A stretch of 64,000 nucleotides of DNA from assembly GCF_006345805.1 (NCBI RefSeq), contig NC_043010.1:7378001-7442000 (forward strand), read 5' to 3'. This document shows positions 40,023-53,281 of this stretch, piece by piece (the stretch's first letter is position 1; the number at the start of each line of letters is the position of its first letter). The notes below the pieces were generated by a model, which did no database searches, had not been told where the DNA came from, and saw only the letters and a program-made list of their open reading frames with translations. Source of the DNA: Octopus sinensis (lineage: Eukaryota). Position numbers and translations under genes: made by a program.

Positions 40023-40473
40023 TTCAAAGCTGGAGATTAGAAGAAATTTTTGGAAGAAGTTGTTTGTGTAAATACTTGAAGCAAAACAGTGCCTCAGCAT
40101 CACTGCAGTCCAATGACTAACACAAGAGATAGAAGATACATATGCATATGTGTGTGTGTGTGTGTGTGTGTGTGAGTCATTATATATAATATTTATCTTT
40201 AGCAAATATTTAACTGGTGAGGACATGTGAAATTGGTAATCAATTCATTAAATCTTTATTTTACTGGCTTGCAGTAGTAAATCTCTGACAGAGAAGATCC
40301 ATATTTCATGCAAACACTAGTATATTTATATATTCCAGTTTTGATAAAAGAAGACCGTGTCTTCATTTTCACTGTTACTGGCGGGTCTGATCTGCAGTGG
40401 TGGTGGTGGTGGTGGTGGTGGCTGCAGTGTTTTAAACTTACAGATTTAGAAAGAAGAAAAGAAAAGAAAAAAA

Positions 40474-40549
<76 letters not shown>

Positions 40550-41401
40550 CAAGAAAGCTATTGTATAACCTGTATTATTAATCTTACTTGTCTATGACAA
40601 AATTATGAATAACACATTTTCCAACACATGAATTACCAATAGTCTTAAATTATATATTTCTAAAGATCTACCTAGATACTCTTTAGGCAACACTAGTGCA
40701 CATTATTTGAGAGCCACTGTGGAAAAGTATGTTTTTAACTGTTAAGCATTTCAACCAGCCATAACAGGCCCAAATATTGTACCCTGTACTATGTTCAAAC
40801 CAGCCAGATTCAGCTTCTCTCACCTACCCTACAATGTTATTCTCAAGATAAACAATCACATCATCTGAATTTTGAAGCTACTGAGTAATGAATGATCGAT
40901 TCTAAACAAGGTGAATGAATATGAATCATACTTGACAGAATAATATGAATGCTAAAGGGTCAAGGAGGATTTTACTGCTATTTCTAGTAGATCTGGTGAT
41001 TAAACAATATATCCCCTTAAAAACTTATGGAGTTCCTAAGTTGTTTATGCTTGATCTTAATATAAATGGTCTGAGTTCAAATTCCATCAAGGTCGACTTT
41101 GCTTTTCATCCTCTCGGGGTTGATAAAATGAGTGCCAGTTGAGCATGGGGTCGATGTAATCGACTTACCCCCTCCCCGAAATTGCTGGCCTTGTGCCAAA
41201 ATTTGAAAATAATATAATAGGTATATAATATATATATATTGTACATAACTTGGTATTTATGCAAGGTGGTTTTGTACAATCATTAATGTATTCGTTACCA
41301 CACTCAAATACTCTGCTCCTTAATAAACTTTCACCTTCACTGAAATATTTCTATCTGCTCCCTTTTCTAAATAATCTGCTTTTTTTTTGTCTTTCCTCCA
41401 G

Positions 41402-41452
41402 AAGGAAAGGCAGTGTCTATGATACTTATAGAATCTCCAAGATTAGTGAGAA
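41402..41452 (+). pseudogene. Open exon, phase 2>2 (alternative donors after 41445 and 41464)
   Basis: Very strong acceptor CTGCTTTTTTTTTGTCTTTCCTCCAG. RKGSVYDTYRISKISE. Confidence 0.55.
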
Positions 41453-41640
41453 GTAGGAAGAAAGGTATTCTCAAACTAAATACTTGCAGGAGAGTGGCCT
41501 CTGTTAAAGGCACTCAAGATGTTACATGGAGGTATAAAACTGGGCATGAGATTGGGTGTTTGATTGAATTTGGCTTAACTCTTTTGTAACTAACTTGTCT
41601 GAGATGGCTTTTAGTTCTTTGATACAAATTTCCCGTTTTA

Positions 41641-42207
41641 TTGAGTTGTCCAGAAAGTTCTTGCCGATTTTTCAAGGAAAGTAAAAGGTCAATAAATTCT
41701 TGCCATTACATTTTTAATCTACTAAATATGAACCATTTTGTTGCACAATGCGTCTCCATCTTTCCATTAACTTGAAAATACCCTCTCCCCAGAATTGAGG
41801 TGGTTTCACGGCAAAGAATTTATCAAAGTATCTTTTTACGTCATCCAAGAAATTGAAATTTTTACCATTAAGACTATTCTGCAGAGACCTGAATAAGTGG
41901 AAATCTGAAGGAGCAATATCTGGTGAATATGGAGGGTGGGGTAACACATCCCAGCCGAGCTGCAGCAATTTTTGTCTGATTCCCAAAGCATCAAGTGCCA
42001 AAAATGAATTTTCTTATCTTCCATTTTAAAGGGTTACAGAAATAACATAGGTTATAGGAACATAAACCTTCTTGCACGAAAAGATAGCTTAAACTGTGCT
42101 CTAAATGGAGGTGTAGTCAAATCCTATTTTATGGACTCAACTATGTTCTAAAATAAGTCGAAAGGTAAGCTACTATAAAATTGGCATGAACTTTCCAGAC
42201 AATCCAA
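41641..42207 (-). mobile_element. Mariner deletion derivative (567 bp)
   Basis: TA-flanked TIRs. N-terminus MEDKKIHFWHLML is joined directly to the C-terminus GWDVLPHPPYSPDIAPSDFHLFRSLQNSL...NGSYLVD*. Confidence 0.92.
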
Positions 42208-42294
42208 TAAAAACATTTGCGCTCCTTGTTATCATCACTGCTACTACCATTATCACCTGTGTCATTATCATAATCATCATCATCATCATCACAG

Positions 42295-42372
42295 ATGCAG
42301 GAAATCAATATCATGACATGACAAGGAAATTGATTATCAGAATCAATTGAGCTTTTCACAAAATGCTTTGAG
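42295..42372 (+). pseudogene. Exon with one TGA, phase 2>2
   Basis: CRKSIS*HDKEIDYQNQLSFSQNAL, TGA at 42314. An (ATC)n microsatellite sits in the acceptor tract. Confidence 0.45.
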
Positions 42373-43166
42373 GTGTTTTGTTGCAGCATTTAACATTCTG
42401 AGCTCCAGTAATGCTGAAGTCAGTTTTACTTTCATCCTTCAAGGGTCAACAAAATAAAGTGCTAGTAAAATATTGCAATCATTTCTGTAATCTTTTATCG
42501 TTCACCTGTGTCAGACATCAGACTGTAGCCATGCTGGGTCACCACCTTGAAGGGCTTTAGTTGAACAAATCACTCATTTTGTTTACAAGGCTGGTGCTTC
42601 TTCTATTGGTCTTTCTGCTGAATAACTAGGCGACAGGGATTGACCTTTTAGCATTCAGATTGCTGTCAAATGTAATGCACATTTATTAATTTTGTTTTGA
42701 ATTAACCATGTATTATCTCATTGCTTCGAGGTTTTGATGATGTGATTGCTAACCTTTAGGACAACATTGTAGAGGATGTCTGAGAGGCCAGATCTGGCCA
42801 GTTTGACAATAAAACAAGTAGGATTTTTGGGGTCAGATATGGTCACTTGATATGCTAAAGAGTTAAACAAGCCATCAATGGTTGTCAAGCAGAAGAGGAA
42901 GGAACAGATTTAAACACACACACACATGCATATATATGATGTGCTTCCACACATCTTCCATCTATTAAATCCACTCATAAGACATTGGCTGACCCAGCGT
43001 TATTGTAGAAGACACTTGTTGCAAAATGGGACTGAACCCAAAATCACTTGGTTGTGAAATAATCTTCTTAACAAGATAGCTGTGCCTAAATATTCTTATA
43101 AACCATTCTAGATGTATATGGGATTATAACAAAACAGAAGTCAAACTTGACATTTCGTCCTTACAG

Positions 43167-43410
43167 GTCTGCTAAACTAAAGTACCCGTTAAATACTGGG
43201 GGTTGATTTGATATTCCTGCAAAGCATCTAGATGTGAATGAAATAATAATGGGTTTCAGAAATGTGCAGAAAAAAAAAGTTATTATTCAAGATATCGGTT
43301 TTGACTTTACAAAACAAAATTTCTTCTACACTAGATTTAATTACATGAATTTCCTGTTTTCTCATTGCTGTAGCATTCAACAAAATGTTACGATCACACA
43401 AACAACAAAT
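43167..43410 (+). pseudogene. Long exon with one TGA, phase 2>0
   Basis: Acceptor CATTTCGTCCTTACAG. 81 codons: SAKLKYPLNTGG*FDIPAKHLDVNEIIMGFRNVQKKKVIIQDIGFDFTKQNFFYTRF...TQTTN, TGA at 43204; donor GTACAT. Confidence 0.6.
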
Positions 43411-43450
43411 GTACATTTTTATGTATGTCTGTGTGAGTCTGTGTATATAT

Positions 43451-43513
<63 letters not shown>

Positions 43514-44356
43514 CATATATATATATACATATATATATATATAAATATATATATACACATATATATACATATATATATAAACATACATACTAATACAGAT
43601 ATATATGTATATATGTATGCCTGTGTATGTGTGTGTACATATATATATACACGCATGCATATATACATATGTACACATGAATATACATGCATACATACAT
43701 ACATACATACATGCATGCATACATACATACATACATACATACATACATACACACATACATACATACATGCATACATACATACATGCATGCATACATACAT
43801 ACATACATACATGCATGCATACATACATACATACATACATACATACATACATACATACATACATACATACATACATACATACATACATACATGCTTGCAT
43901 ATATATATATATATATATAATATTAGAATGCACCTTTCTCTACACTGTTGAAAAATAAATGGATAAAATATCGTAAGTATTTTTCACAATGAAATCTATC
44001 TTTTTTACAACAATCTGTACAGCTTCACCCTGGTCTCTATTCAATTCTATATTACTTATGTAAATCTGTGTTTTTTAGAAAAATCTCCTTTGGTTCACAC
44101 TTTCCAAAAAATTTAATCTAAAATAATTAAAATGAAATATTAATTATATTAAACTTATTCTACAACCTTTTTGTTTCTGTAAAAGACATTTTAATATGTT
44201 GTGATAACCCAGAAACAATATTCCAAACATTTATATTTTCTTTGCTCTTCAAGAGAGAGAGAGAGGGGGGAGGGAGAGAGAGCGGGAGTGTGTGTGTGTG
44301 TGCATGCATGCATGTGTGTGTATACGAATGTCTTCAAATTTTTATTGCTTAATCAG

Positions 44357-44451
44357 AGGAAGAGCTCTGCCTGTGACCATTTCCAAGGCTTCCAAGACAG
44401 GATGAAGGGAAGAAGAAAGGAAAGAACAAAGGAGCTAAGGAATGAACTAAT
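44357..44451 (+). pseudogene. Open exon, phase 0>2
   Basis: Acceptor TTTATTGCTTAATCAG. RKSSACDHFQGFQDRMKGRRKERTKELRNEL; donor GTAAAA. Confidence 0.55.
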
Positions 44452-44649
44452 GTAAAAAATGAACAACGAACGAACGAAGGGGGGAGGGAGGGAGGGAGGA
44501 AAGAAGGAAGGGGGGAATAGAGGGGGGGAGGGATCAATGTGAAATAAAGTGTCTTGCTCAAGAACACAACACACAGCCTGGTCCAGGATTTGAACTCACA
44601 ACCTCACGATCGTAAGGTCGATGCTCTAACCACTGAGCCATGTGCCTTC

Positions 44650-45215
44650 AGATGTACTATATTATCAAGCATGCTTTAGCCACACAAGCATACTTTGATC
44701 ATATCATTATATTGTCTAATGTATCTTAGCTACACAACCATACTTTTACATTGAGACTATATTATCCTAATGTCTGAAATATGCAGTTATACATATATTA
44801 TAGCACTATATTATCTAATGTGTCATAACTACACAGTTACATATGGATTATATCAGTACAATACCAAAACTATCTTAACCACACTGACATGCTTATATCA
44901 TAGCACTACATCGTCTAATGGTCTTAACAATGCAGCCATACCTGTATCATAGTACTAATGTGTTTAATCACATTAGTTCTCTGTCACAAGTGTGAGTAAT
45001 GATATAAGCATGTAAGTGTAGTTAAGATAGTTTTGGTATTGTACTGATATAATTCATATGTGACTGTGTAGTTATGACACATCTTAACCACAGTTATACA
45101 TTTATCATGGCACTATATCATCTAGTGCATCTTAGCCAAAACAACCATACCTCTGCCATTAGACTACGTCGTCTAATGTGTCTTAACCACACACACACAT
45201 ACATGTATCATAGTA
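44650..45215. repeat. Degenerate minisatellite containing an 84-bp inverted duplication
   Basis: 44818-44901 versus the reverse complement of 44999-45082, 4 mismatches counted by eye. Confidence 0.85.
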
Positions 45216-45218
45216 CAG

Positions 45219-45297
45219 GTCCATCACTGACTTCCTGGAAATGATGGTCCAGAATTTTTTACAAATTCTCATGACTGCCAAATTAGTACTTTGCACA
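45219..45297 (+). pseudogene. Open exon, phase 2>0
   Basis: (M)SITDFLEMMVQNFLQILMTAKLVLCT. Only the phase-2 frame is open, matching the previous exon. The acceptor is eroded by a minisatellite. Confidence 0.5.
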
Positions 45298-45392
45298 GTA
45301 CAGTATTAATAAACTTGTATCATTTATACCAATGTGCAGGTATCTGTACTGCATTTAATTATTTAAGTAAATTTAATATTTGTTTAATATAG

Positions 45393-45503
45393 TCTGTTGG
45401 TCAAGGTAACCCCACACCCCCTGGTATTGAAATATAAGTTATCTGGAAAAGCTTTGGAACTAAAGTTTCTGGAATACCAATGTTGTACTTACCCTACATG
45501 CTC
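45393..45503 (+). pseudogene. Exon-like segment with one TAA, phase 0 start; end uncertain
   Basis: SVGQGNPTPPGIEI*VIWKSFGTKVSGIPML..., TAA at 45435. Confidence 0.4.
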
Positions 45504-46106
45504 TAATGCCATTATCACACAGACATCCAATAATATCATTTAATGTTATAACCATTCAGACATACATGTATCATAGGCAAAGGAGTGGATGTGTGGTAAG
45601 TAGCTTGCTTACCAACCACATGGTTCCGGGTTCATTCCCACTGCGTGGCACCTTGGGCAAGTGTCTTCTACTATAGCTTCAGGCCGACCAAAGCCTTGTG
45701 AGTGGATTTGGTAGACGGAAACTGAAAGAAGCCCGTCGTATATATGTATATATGTGTATATATGTGTGTGCGTGTTTGTGTGTCTGTGTTTGTCCCCCCA
45801 ACATCGCTTGACAACCGATGCTGGTGTGTTTACGTCCCCGTAACTTAGCGGTTCGGCAAAAGAGACCGATAGAATAAGTACTAGGCTTACAAAGAATAAG
45901 TCCTGGGGTCGATTTGCTCGACTAAAAGGTAGTGCTCCAGCATGGCCATAGTCAAATGACTGAAACAAGTAAAAGAGTAAAGAGTAATAGTACTACATTA
46001 TCTAATTTATCTTGTAAGCATCATTCTGGAGATAAAGTCCCGACAAGTTGAATTCATTCATTCATTCTCAGTTCAGATTTAAATTACAAGTATCTTTATC
46101 TTTTAA

Positions 46107-46498
46107 CTAGCAGTATCGCCCAGCGTTGCACGGGTTTGTTTCGACCCTTTAGAATTAGAATTTTCGAAAAGTAAAAGTTTTGCATTATGTAGCTTGTTAT
46201 TCTCTTTAAGTGAACATTTTTCTGGTTGAAATACACTGAAAAATGGCGACACAGCAGTAAAAAAATCGTAAAAAATAGGGATTTTCATAGAAAAAAAGCA
46301 CCTTTTTGATGTAAATAATTTTTGGTGTTAACATGGTCCGATTTGAATTTTTTCTTCTACGGAAGGAAGAGCAAGCCTTCTTCTATCATACTCTCAATTT
46401 TAGTTAGCTTGTGCTGCAGGGTCTTGGAGGAGATAGTGTTAGTTGAAGGCTACCAAACCTGCCATACACAGACAACTTCAGCTTTAAATATATAGAGA
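46107..46498 (-). mobile_element. Non-autonomous Helitron
   Basis: Minus strand A|TCTCTATATA...CCCGTGCAACGCTGGGCGATACTGCTAG|T: 5' TC, 3' hairpin plus CTAG, inserted between A and T, no TSD. Confidence 0.8.
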
Positions 46499-46554
46499 TT
46501 GTATCATTTCACTGGACTGTAACCATGCTGGGGTACTGCCTTGAAGGGTTTTAT

Positions 46555-47027
46555 CCCTTTTGTTACCATATTTCTGCTGAGATGCTCTGTGTTTCTTTCA
46601 ATTACTTTAAATATAACAAAGAATTTAGTAGAATAACTTAGTTATCATTAAGCTAATGTTAGGAACATTAATCGCGACTAAGGTTTGGTAGAAGATTTTA
46701 ATTCAGAACTTATGAAAACAAGACATTTGTACTACAGAGCCAGAGGTGGTTTCAGCCAAGTTGGTATCAAAAGGGTTAAGAATTGTTTCTCTATTATATA
46801 TTTTAACCCTTTTGTTACCTTATTTCTGTTGAGATGCTCTGTGTTTGTTTCAATTACTTTAAATATAACAAACAATTTAGTAAACTAACTTAGTTATCAT
46901 TAAGCTAGTGTTAGGAACATAAATTGTGACTAAGGTTTGGTAGAAGATTTTAATTCAGAACTTATGAAAACAAGACATTTGTACTACAGAGCCAGGGGCA
47001 GTTTCAGACTGGTTGGTATCAAAAGGG
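46555..47027. mobile_element. Two adjacent 221-bp piggyBac MITEs (46555..46775 and 46807..47027)
   Basis: CCCTTT...AAAGGG termini with TTAA (one TTAT) flanks; same family as 34725..34945. Confidence 0.88.
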
Positions 47028-47403
47028 TTAAGTCAAACAAATCAACCATGGCACTTATTTTTATTCCTGGTTTTTATTCTATAGGTCTTTTAAACCCAAC
47101 AAACACTGGTTGTCAAACACTGGAAGGGGACAAATGCAAACACAAGGACAAAGGCACAGATACAGACATACAGATTATATATATCATCATCATCATTATC
47201 ATCTCATGCCTGTTTTCCATGCTGGCATCGGTTGGACTGTTTCAGAGGAGCTGGGCAGTCAAAGAGCTGCCCAGGTTCCATACTTGTTTTGGCATGGGTT
47301 TTACAGCTGGATGCCCTTCCTAATACTAGCGACTTTACAGAAGAAGGGATGCATCTGTGTGACACTAGCATGAGTGATTTTCACATGGCATCATCACCCA
47401 TGA

Positions 47404-47443
<40 letters not shown>

Positions 47444-47509
47444 TAGGTACTTTGTGTTCCGATTTTGATTTTATTTGAAATATATATATATATATATATA
47501 TATATACAC

Positions 47510-49082
47510 CATCATCATCATCATCATTTAATGACCATTGTCCCTGCTGGCATGGGTTGGATGATTTGACTGGGCTGGCACACTGGAAAGCTGCACCAGA
47601 TTCCAGTCTGATTTGGCATGGTTTTCTACGGCTGGATGCCCTTCCTAATGCCAACCACTCCAAGAGTGTAATGGGTGCTTTTATGTGCTGCTGGCATCTT
47701 GCCAATTTGTGTGACACCGGTATCTGCCATGACTGAGATTTTGCTCTGCTTGAGGGGTCTTCTTCCCAAACTGATGGGTCCTCTCAAGCACAGCACAATC
47801 CCAAAAGTCTCAGACACCAATCATTGCTTCTATGAAGCACAAAGTTCAAAGATCGTGCCTCACCACTTCATCCCATGTTTTCCTGGGTCTACCTCTACCA
47901 CAAGTTCCCTCCACAGTTAGAGATTGAGACTTCTTTATGCAGCTTTCCCCATCCATATGCATCACATGGCCATACCAGTGCAGTCATCTCTCTTGCACAC
48001 CACATCTGATTCCTCTTATGCCTAACTTTTCTCTCAAGATGCACACTGACATTGCACATCCAGCAAAGCATACTGGCTTCATTTCTTTCAAGCCTACACA
48101 TGTCCTTGGCTGTCATAGCCCATGTTTCACTGCTGTGTAGCATAGCTGTTTGCACACAAGCATCATGCAATCTGCCTTTCACTCTGAGAGAGAGGCCCTT
48201 TGCTGCCAGCAGGGTAGGAGTTCTCTGAACTTTGCCAAGACTAATCATATTCTGACAGCTATGCTCTTGGAGCATCCACCTCCACTACTAATTTGGTCAC
48301 TTAGATAAAGGAAGCTACCTCTAGCTTACTCCACTGGCAGTTGATGGAGTCTATTTTCTGTGCATTTTCAGTGTTTATTGTATCTGTGCATCTTCCACAT
48401 ACAAAAGTTAGTTTCCCTGTTAACCTTCCTCTGATGTTGCTGCACCTCTTATGAGTCCAAAGCTTACACCAGGTACATCTTATGGAGTTTCTACCTACAC
48501 TCTTTTCTACAGTCTGAGCAGGGCCATCTACCTGAAGAGATTTATGATTTGTCTGTCTTCCTACTTACTATGATTTTGGTTTTTGCTAGGTTAACTCTAA
48601 GGCCCTTTGATTCTAGACTTTGGTTCCATACCTGAAACTTCTTCTCTAGTTCAGGTAGTGATTCAGCTATAAGAGTAAGGTCATCAGCATAGAGGATCTC
48701 CCAGGGGCAGCCTGTCTTGAATTCTTCTGTTATTGCCTGGAGGACTATGATGAACAAGAGGGGGCTGAGAACCGATCCTTGATGAACCCCTACTTGTACC
48801 CTGAATTCTTTGCTGTACTCAATGCCCACCCTCAGTGTCTCTGTACAAGGCTTGTATGGCTCTCACCAACCACTCATCTATCACTAGTTTCTGGATTGAC
48901 CACCAGAGAAGGGATCGGGGAGTCTCTGTCAAAGGCTTTCTCCAAGTCAACAAAAGCCAAGTACAGAGGTTTATCTTTAACTCGGTATTTCTACTGCAAT
49001 TGCCTTACCAGAAATAAAGCATCAGTGGTGCTTCTATCTGGCACAAAACCAAACTGCAGCTCATCTAGACTTCTCTCTCCCT
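47510..49082 (-). mobile_element. 5'-truncated RTE-clade LINE (RT domain to 3' tail), with stops and frameshifts
   Basis: QFGFVPDRSTTDALFLVRQLQ, LYLAFVDLEKAFDR, VGVHQGSVLSPLLF, EILYADDL, RVKGRLHDACVQTAML, then a 3' UTR ending in (ATG)n. Confidence 0.92.
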
Positions 49083-49377
49083 AATAAATATTTATGAGAA
49101 GGGTTTCTGCACAGATTCCACTTAGCAAATTCACTCACAAGCCATTGGTTGACCTGGGGCTATAGTAAAAGGCATTAGCCCAAATTACTGCAAAGTGAGA
49201 CTGAACCAGAAACCATATAGCTGCAAAGTGAGGTTCTTAACCACACGACCATGCCTGAGTCTATAATAGTTTTATATATTTTTTTTTATATGTTTTCCCT
49301 CATATTTTGAAATCATTCTGTAAAAGCTTAAACATCACAACTGCCCATTTCAAAATCTTGTCTTCTAAAAATTACAG

Positions 49378-49436
49378 AATTTTGGTCAGTGAATTCAAAC
49401 ATGATCAATTACTTGAGAAAATATGGGGTCTGACAG
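49378..49436 (+). pseudogene. Open exon, phase 2>1
   Basis: ILVSEFKHDQLLEKIWGLT; weak donor CAG|GTTTAC; phase-compatible with 52603. Confidence 0.45.
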
Positions 49437-50221
49437 GTTTACTTGACCTTGGCAATATAGAAACAAACAAAAAAAAAACATTGAAACAAAAATAAAATAT
49501 CCCTAAGACATGAGGCATTCTGTAAACCTCTAGAGTCCGGTTTGGTTATGGAACTATTAAATTTAATTAAACTAAAATTATCACTCATGAAGAAAAATGG
49601 ATGTGAAAATGAAAAAAAAAATACAAAATATAGAAAATATCAATGGGAGGTTTTCGTGAGTTAAAATATTTTCAAGAATAATCAAATGTTTTCTCAGAAG
49701 AGAGTATGTGATTGGAAAATTATGATAATTATATTATACAAATATTTGAAAAAGCTAAAGGATTTTGAAAATGTTTTTTAAAAAAAGTGCATAAAAATTT
49801 TACAAAATAAAACATCTTGGAAAATACTAATTTTTCAAAGCAGGCAGTTTGTCACTTGAGTAAAAAATTGGAAAATTCCTAATAATTTTCTAATTGATAT
49901 TAATTGCGCAGAAAATACGCACTTTTGTTAAGAATATTTCCACTAAATCTTTAAATATATCAAAAACTATATAGAGAGAATAGCATTACTATGAGACCAA
50001 ATTGTAAATGGTTGAAGTTGGAAAATTTTAGAATAATTATTAACTGTTTTAGAAAGAATTTAAAAGTTGGCCTAACTGTTTGCCAACAGCCCTTATGTAG
50101 TGTTTAGCTGCTAAGAGATTGTAATGTGTGGTACAAAATGAATATATAAAGCTAAGAGTAAGACATTAATTCTTTACATATATTCTTGTAAATTGGCATT
50201 GAATCTTTTACAATGGGTGGG

Positions 50222-50437
50222 TGGTGGGGATGGAAATTTCCTGGCTTTGGGTAAAAGAAAATACGGGAGGATCATTTAATTATGGTTTTATTCAACATAT
50301 TCTCCTCTCAGATTCACAGTTATCTCAGGATTCCTTTGTGTTTTTCTAGGCCCTGTAAAAGAACTCAGAGTGTTGGGCCTCCAACCAGGCCTTTCGTGAT
50401 ACCCTTAAAACCAGGAACTTTTCAGCACTCTGTCATA
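50222..50437. mobile_element. Tc1/mariner-type MITE; second copy at ~21716-22115 interrupted by a SINE
   Basis: Both copies share internal sequence; termini GAGGGGCTGCTGAAAAGTTCCTGG / CCAGGAACTTTTCAGCAC are inverted. Confidence 0.6.
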
Positions 50438-51046
50438 GGATACTTTTCAAATACAAAATTGTGTTAAGTCTTGGCAAGAGAGATGGGGGGGGGAGAAAAA
50501 TATGCACAGGCATGGTTGTGTTGTTAAGAAGCTTGCTTTATAACCACATGAATTTAGGTTTAGTCTTACTGTGCTGACCCTTGGGCAAATATCTTCAATA
50601 TAGCCCCAGGCCGACCAATGCCTTGTGAGTGAATTTCATAGAGAGAAACTGTGTAAAGGTGACCGGCTGTGTGGTAAGAAGTTTGCTTTGCAACCACATG
50701 GTTCCAGGTTCAGTCCCACTATGTGGCACATTGGGCAAGTGACTTCTACTACACCCTCAGGCTAACCAAAGCCTTGTAAATGGATTTGGTTGATGGAAAC
50801 TGAAAGAAGCCCATCGTGTCTATTGTGTACGTGTGTGTATTTATTTCTGCGTCTCTGTTTGACGACCAGTGTTGGTGTGTTTACATTCACATGACTTAGT
50901 GGTTCAGGTGAAGAGACCAATAGAATAAAGTACCAGGTTTAAAGAGAAAATAAGAAAATAAGTACTGGGGTTGATTCGTTTGACTAAAATTCCTCTAGGC
51001 ACTGCCCCAGCATGGGCACAGTCTAACAACTGAAAGTAGTAACATA

Positions 51047-51089
<43 letters not shown>

Positions 51090-51301
51090 TCACTGACCAT
51101 TCGGACACATAAGACAGCTAAAAACAACCACATGGATTCTGTTGAATCCATGTGGAAACAATTATGAACTTTTTTATTACACTTAACTTTTAAAAATATT
51201 TTTGATAAGGTTGGTTTTTCAAGAAGAACTGAAACATATAAAATTTCTAATAAAATTAAAATTATCTTATATAGTGGCGTTTTCAAACTTCTTTTTTATA
51301 A

Positions 51302-51344
<43 letters not shown>

Positions 51345-51345
51345 C

Positions 51346-51391
<46 letters not shown>

Positions 51392-52166
51392 ATATATATA
51401 TATATGGTTCAGTGGTTAGAACATCAGGCTCACAATCATGAGATAGTGAGTTCGATTCCTTGACTGCGCTGTGTGTTGTGTTCTCAACCAAGACACTTCA
51501 TTTCACATTACTCCAGTTCATTCAGCTGTGGAAATGAGTTGTGATGTCACTGGTGTGCCAAGCTGTATCAGCCTTTACCTTTCCATTGGATAACATCAGT
51601 GGTGTGGAGAAGGGAGTCTGGTATGCATGGGTGACTGTTGGTCTTCTATAAACCATCTTCCCCGGACCTGTACCTAAGAAGGGAACTTTCTTGGTACAAT
51701 CCCATGATCATTCATGACCAAAGGAGGTCTTTATATAAATATATAAGATACATATATATTATTTTCTTCTTTTCTTCTTTTCTTCATTTTGATTGCAGCC
51801 ATGCTGGAGCTCTACTATAAAGAGTTTTAATTGCAGAGATCAACCCCAGAACTTATTCATTGTAAGCCTAGTACTTATTTTATCAAACTCTTTTGCTGAA
51901 CCACTAAGTTACAGTGACATAAGCACACCAACATCAGTGATGGTGGTGGGAGCAAACACAGACACAAAGACACACACACACAAACACACACACACACACA
52001 TATACAACAGACTTCTTTCAGTTTCTGTCAAGCAAATCCACTCACAAGGCTTTGGTTGGCCTGAGGATATAGGAAAAGGCACTTACCCAAAGTGCCATGC
52101 AGTGAGACTGAACCCAGAACCAGTGGTTGGGAACCAAGCTTCTTACCACACAGCCACACCTGCACC

Positions 52167-52206
<40 letters not shown>

Positions 52207-52228
52207 CAAAATATATATACATATACAA

Positions 52229-52259
<31 letters not shown>

Positions 52260-52602
52260 TATGCATGTATATATGTGTGTGTGTATATATATATATATTT
52301 AAGTATGTGTGTGTGTCCATGCATGTGTGTATTTGTGTTTTCCGCCCACTACCATATAACACCAGCAAATGTTGACTTGTTTATGTTACCATAACTTATC
52401 AGTTTGCCTAAAGTCACTGATAAAATAAACACTAGACTTCAAACAAACATGAAAAAAATAAGAAATAAAAATTAAGGTATTTGGATTGATTTCTTCAACT
52501 AAGCAATGCCCAGCATGGCTGCAGTCCAATGACTGAAACAAGTAAAAAGTGTAAGAGAGACAAGATAAAAGGAGAGAAGGGGGTGGAGAATAAGGGAGAT
52601 AG

Positions 52603-52758
52603 GCTTTCATACACGCTTGGCATATGAAGGAGAGAAGTGTGTTTATCAAGTTGGCAATGTCAAATTTCTGGTACGTCAAGTCGCTGATACAAAGGAGGCT
52701 TCTTTAATCTATGATTTCAGACGTTTGTTTGCAACCAGATTCCTCTGTGGTGGATTGG
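52603..52758 (+). pseudogene. Open exon, phase 1>1, acceptor tract replaced by purine-rich SINE tail
   Basis: FHTRLAYEGEKCVYQVGNVKFLVRQVADTKEASLIYDFRRLFATRFLCGGL; donor GTAAGA. Confidence 0.65.
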
Positions 52759-52896
52759 GTAAGAGTTTTCTATAGCTTCAGTTTATCAACGCCTTCTGAA
52801 TAAAATTTGGTTGACAGAAACTGTGCAAATTCTCATCGCATCCATGCAAGTATGTGTCTGTGTGTGTGTGTGTGTGTGCATGTATATATGTACATG

Positions 52897-53281
52897 GAGG
52901 CGCAATAGCCCAGTGGTTAGGGCAGCAGACTCGCGGTCATAGGATCGCGGTTTCGATTCCCAGACTGGGCGTTGTGAGTGTTTATTGAGCGAAACCACCT
53001 AAAAGCTCCACGAGGCTCCGGCAGGGGATGGTGGTGATCCCTGCTGTACTCTAGAGCTACAACTTTCTCTCACTCTTTCTTCCTGTTTCTGTTGTACCTG
53101 TATTTCAAAGGGCCGGCCTTGTCACTCTCTGTGTCATGCTGAATATCCCCGAGAACTACGTTAAGGGTACACATGTCTGTGGAGTGCTCAGCCACTTACA
53201 CGTTAATTTCATGAGCAGGCTGTTTCGTTGATTCGGATCAACCGGAACCCTCGTCGTCATAACCGATGGAGTGCTTCCATC
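52897..53281 (+). mobile_element. Same tRNA-derived SINE family, full length
   Basis: Collinear with 5886..6269; 13-bp TSD ATATATGTACATG (52884-96 / 53282-94). Confidence 0.9.

Noticed and set aside
43228-43958. Long ORFs of the MYVC/HTYI/IYIY type (also 800-1936, 18565-19155, 33547-34069 and others)
   Set aside because: Microsatellite translations; (TA)n, (CATA)n and (GATA)n lack stops in some frames.
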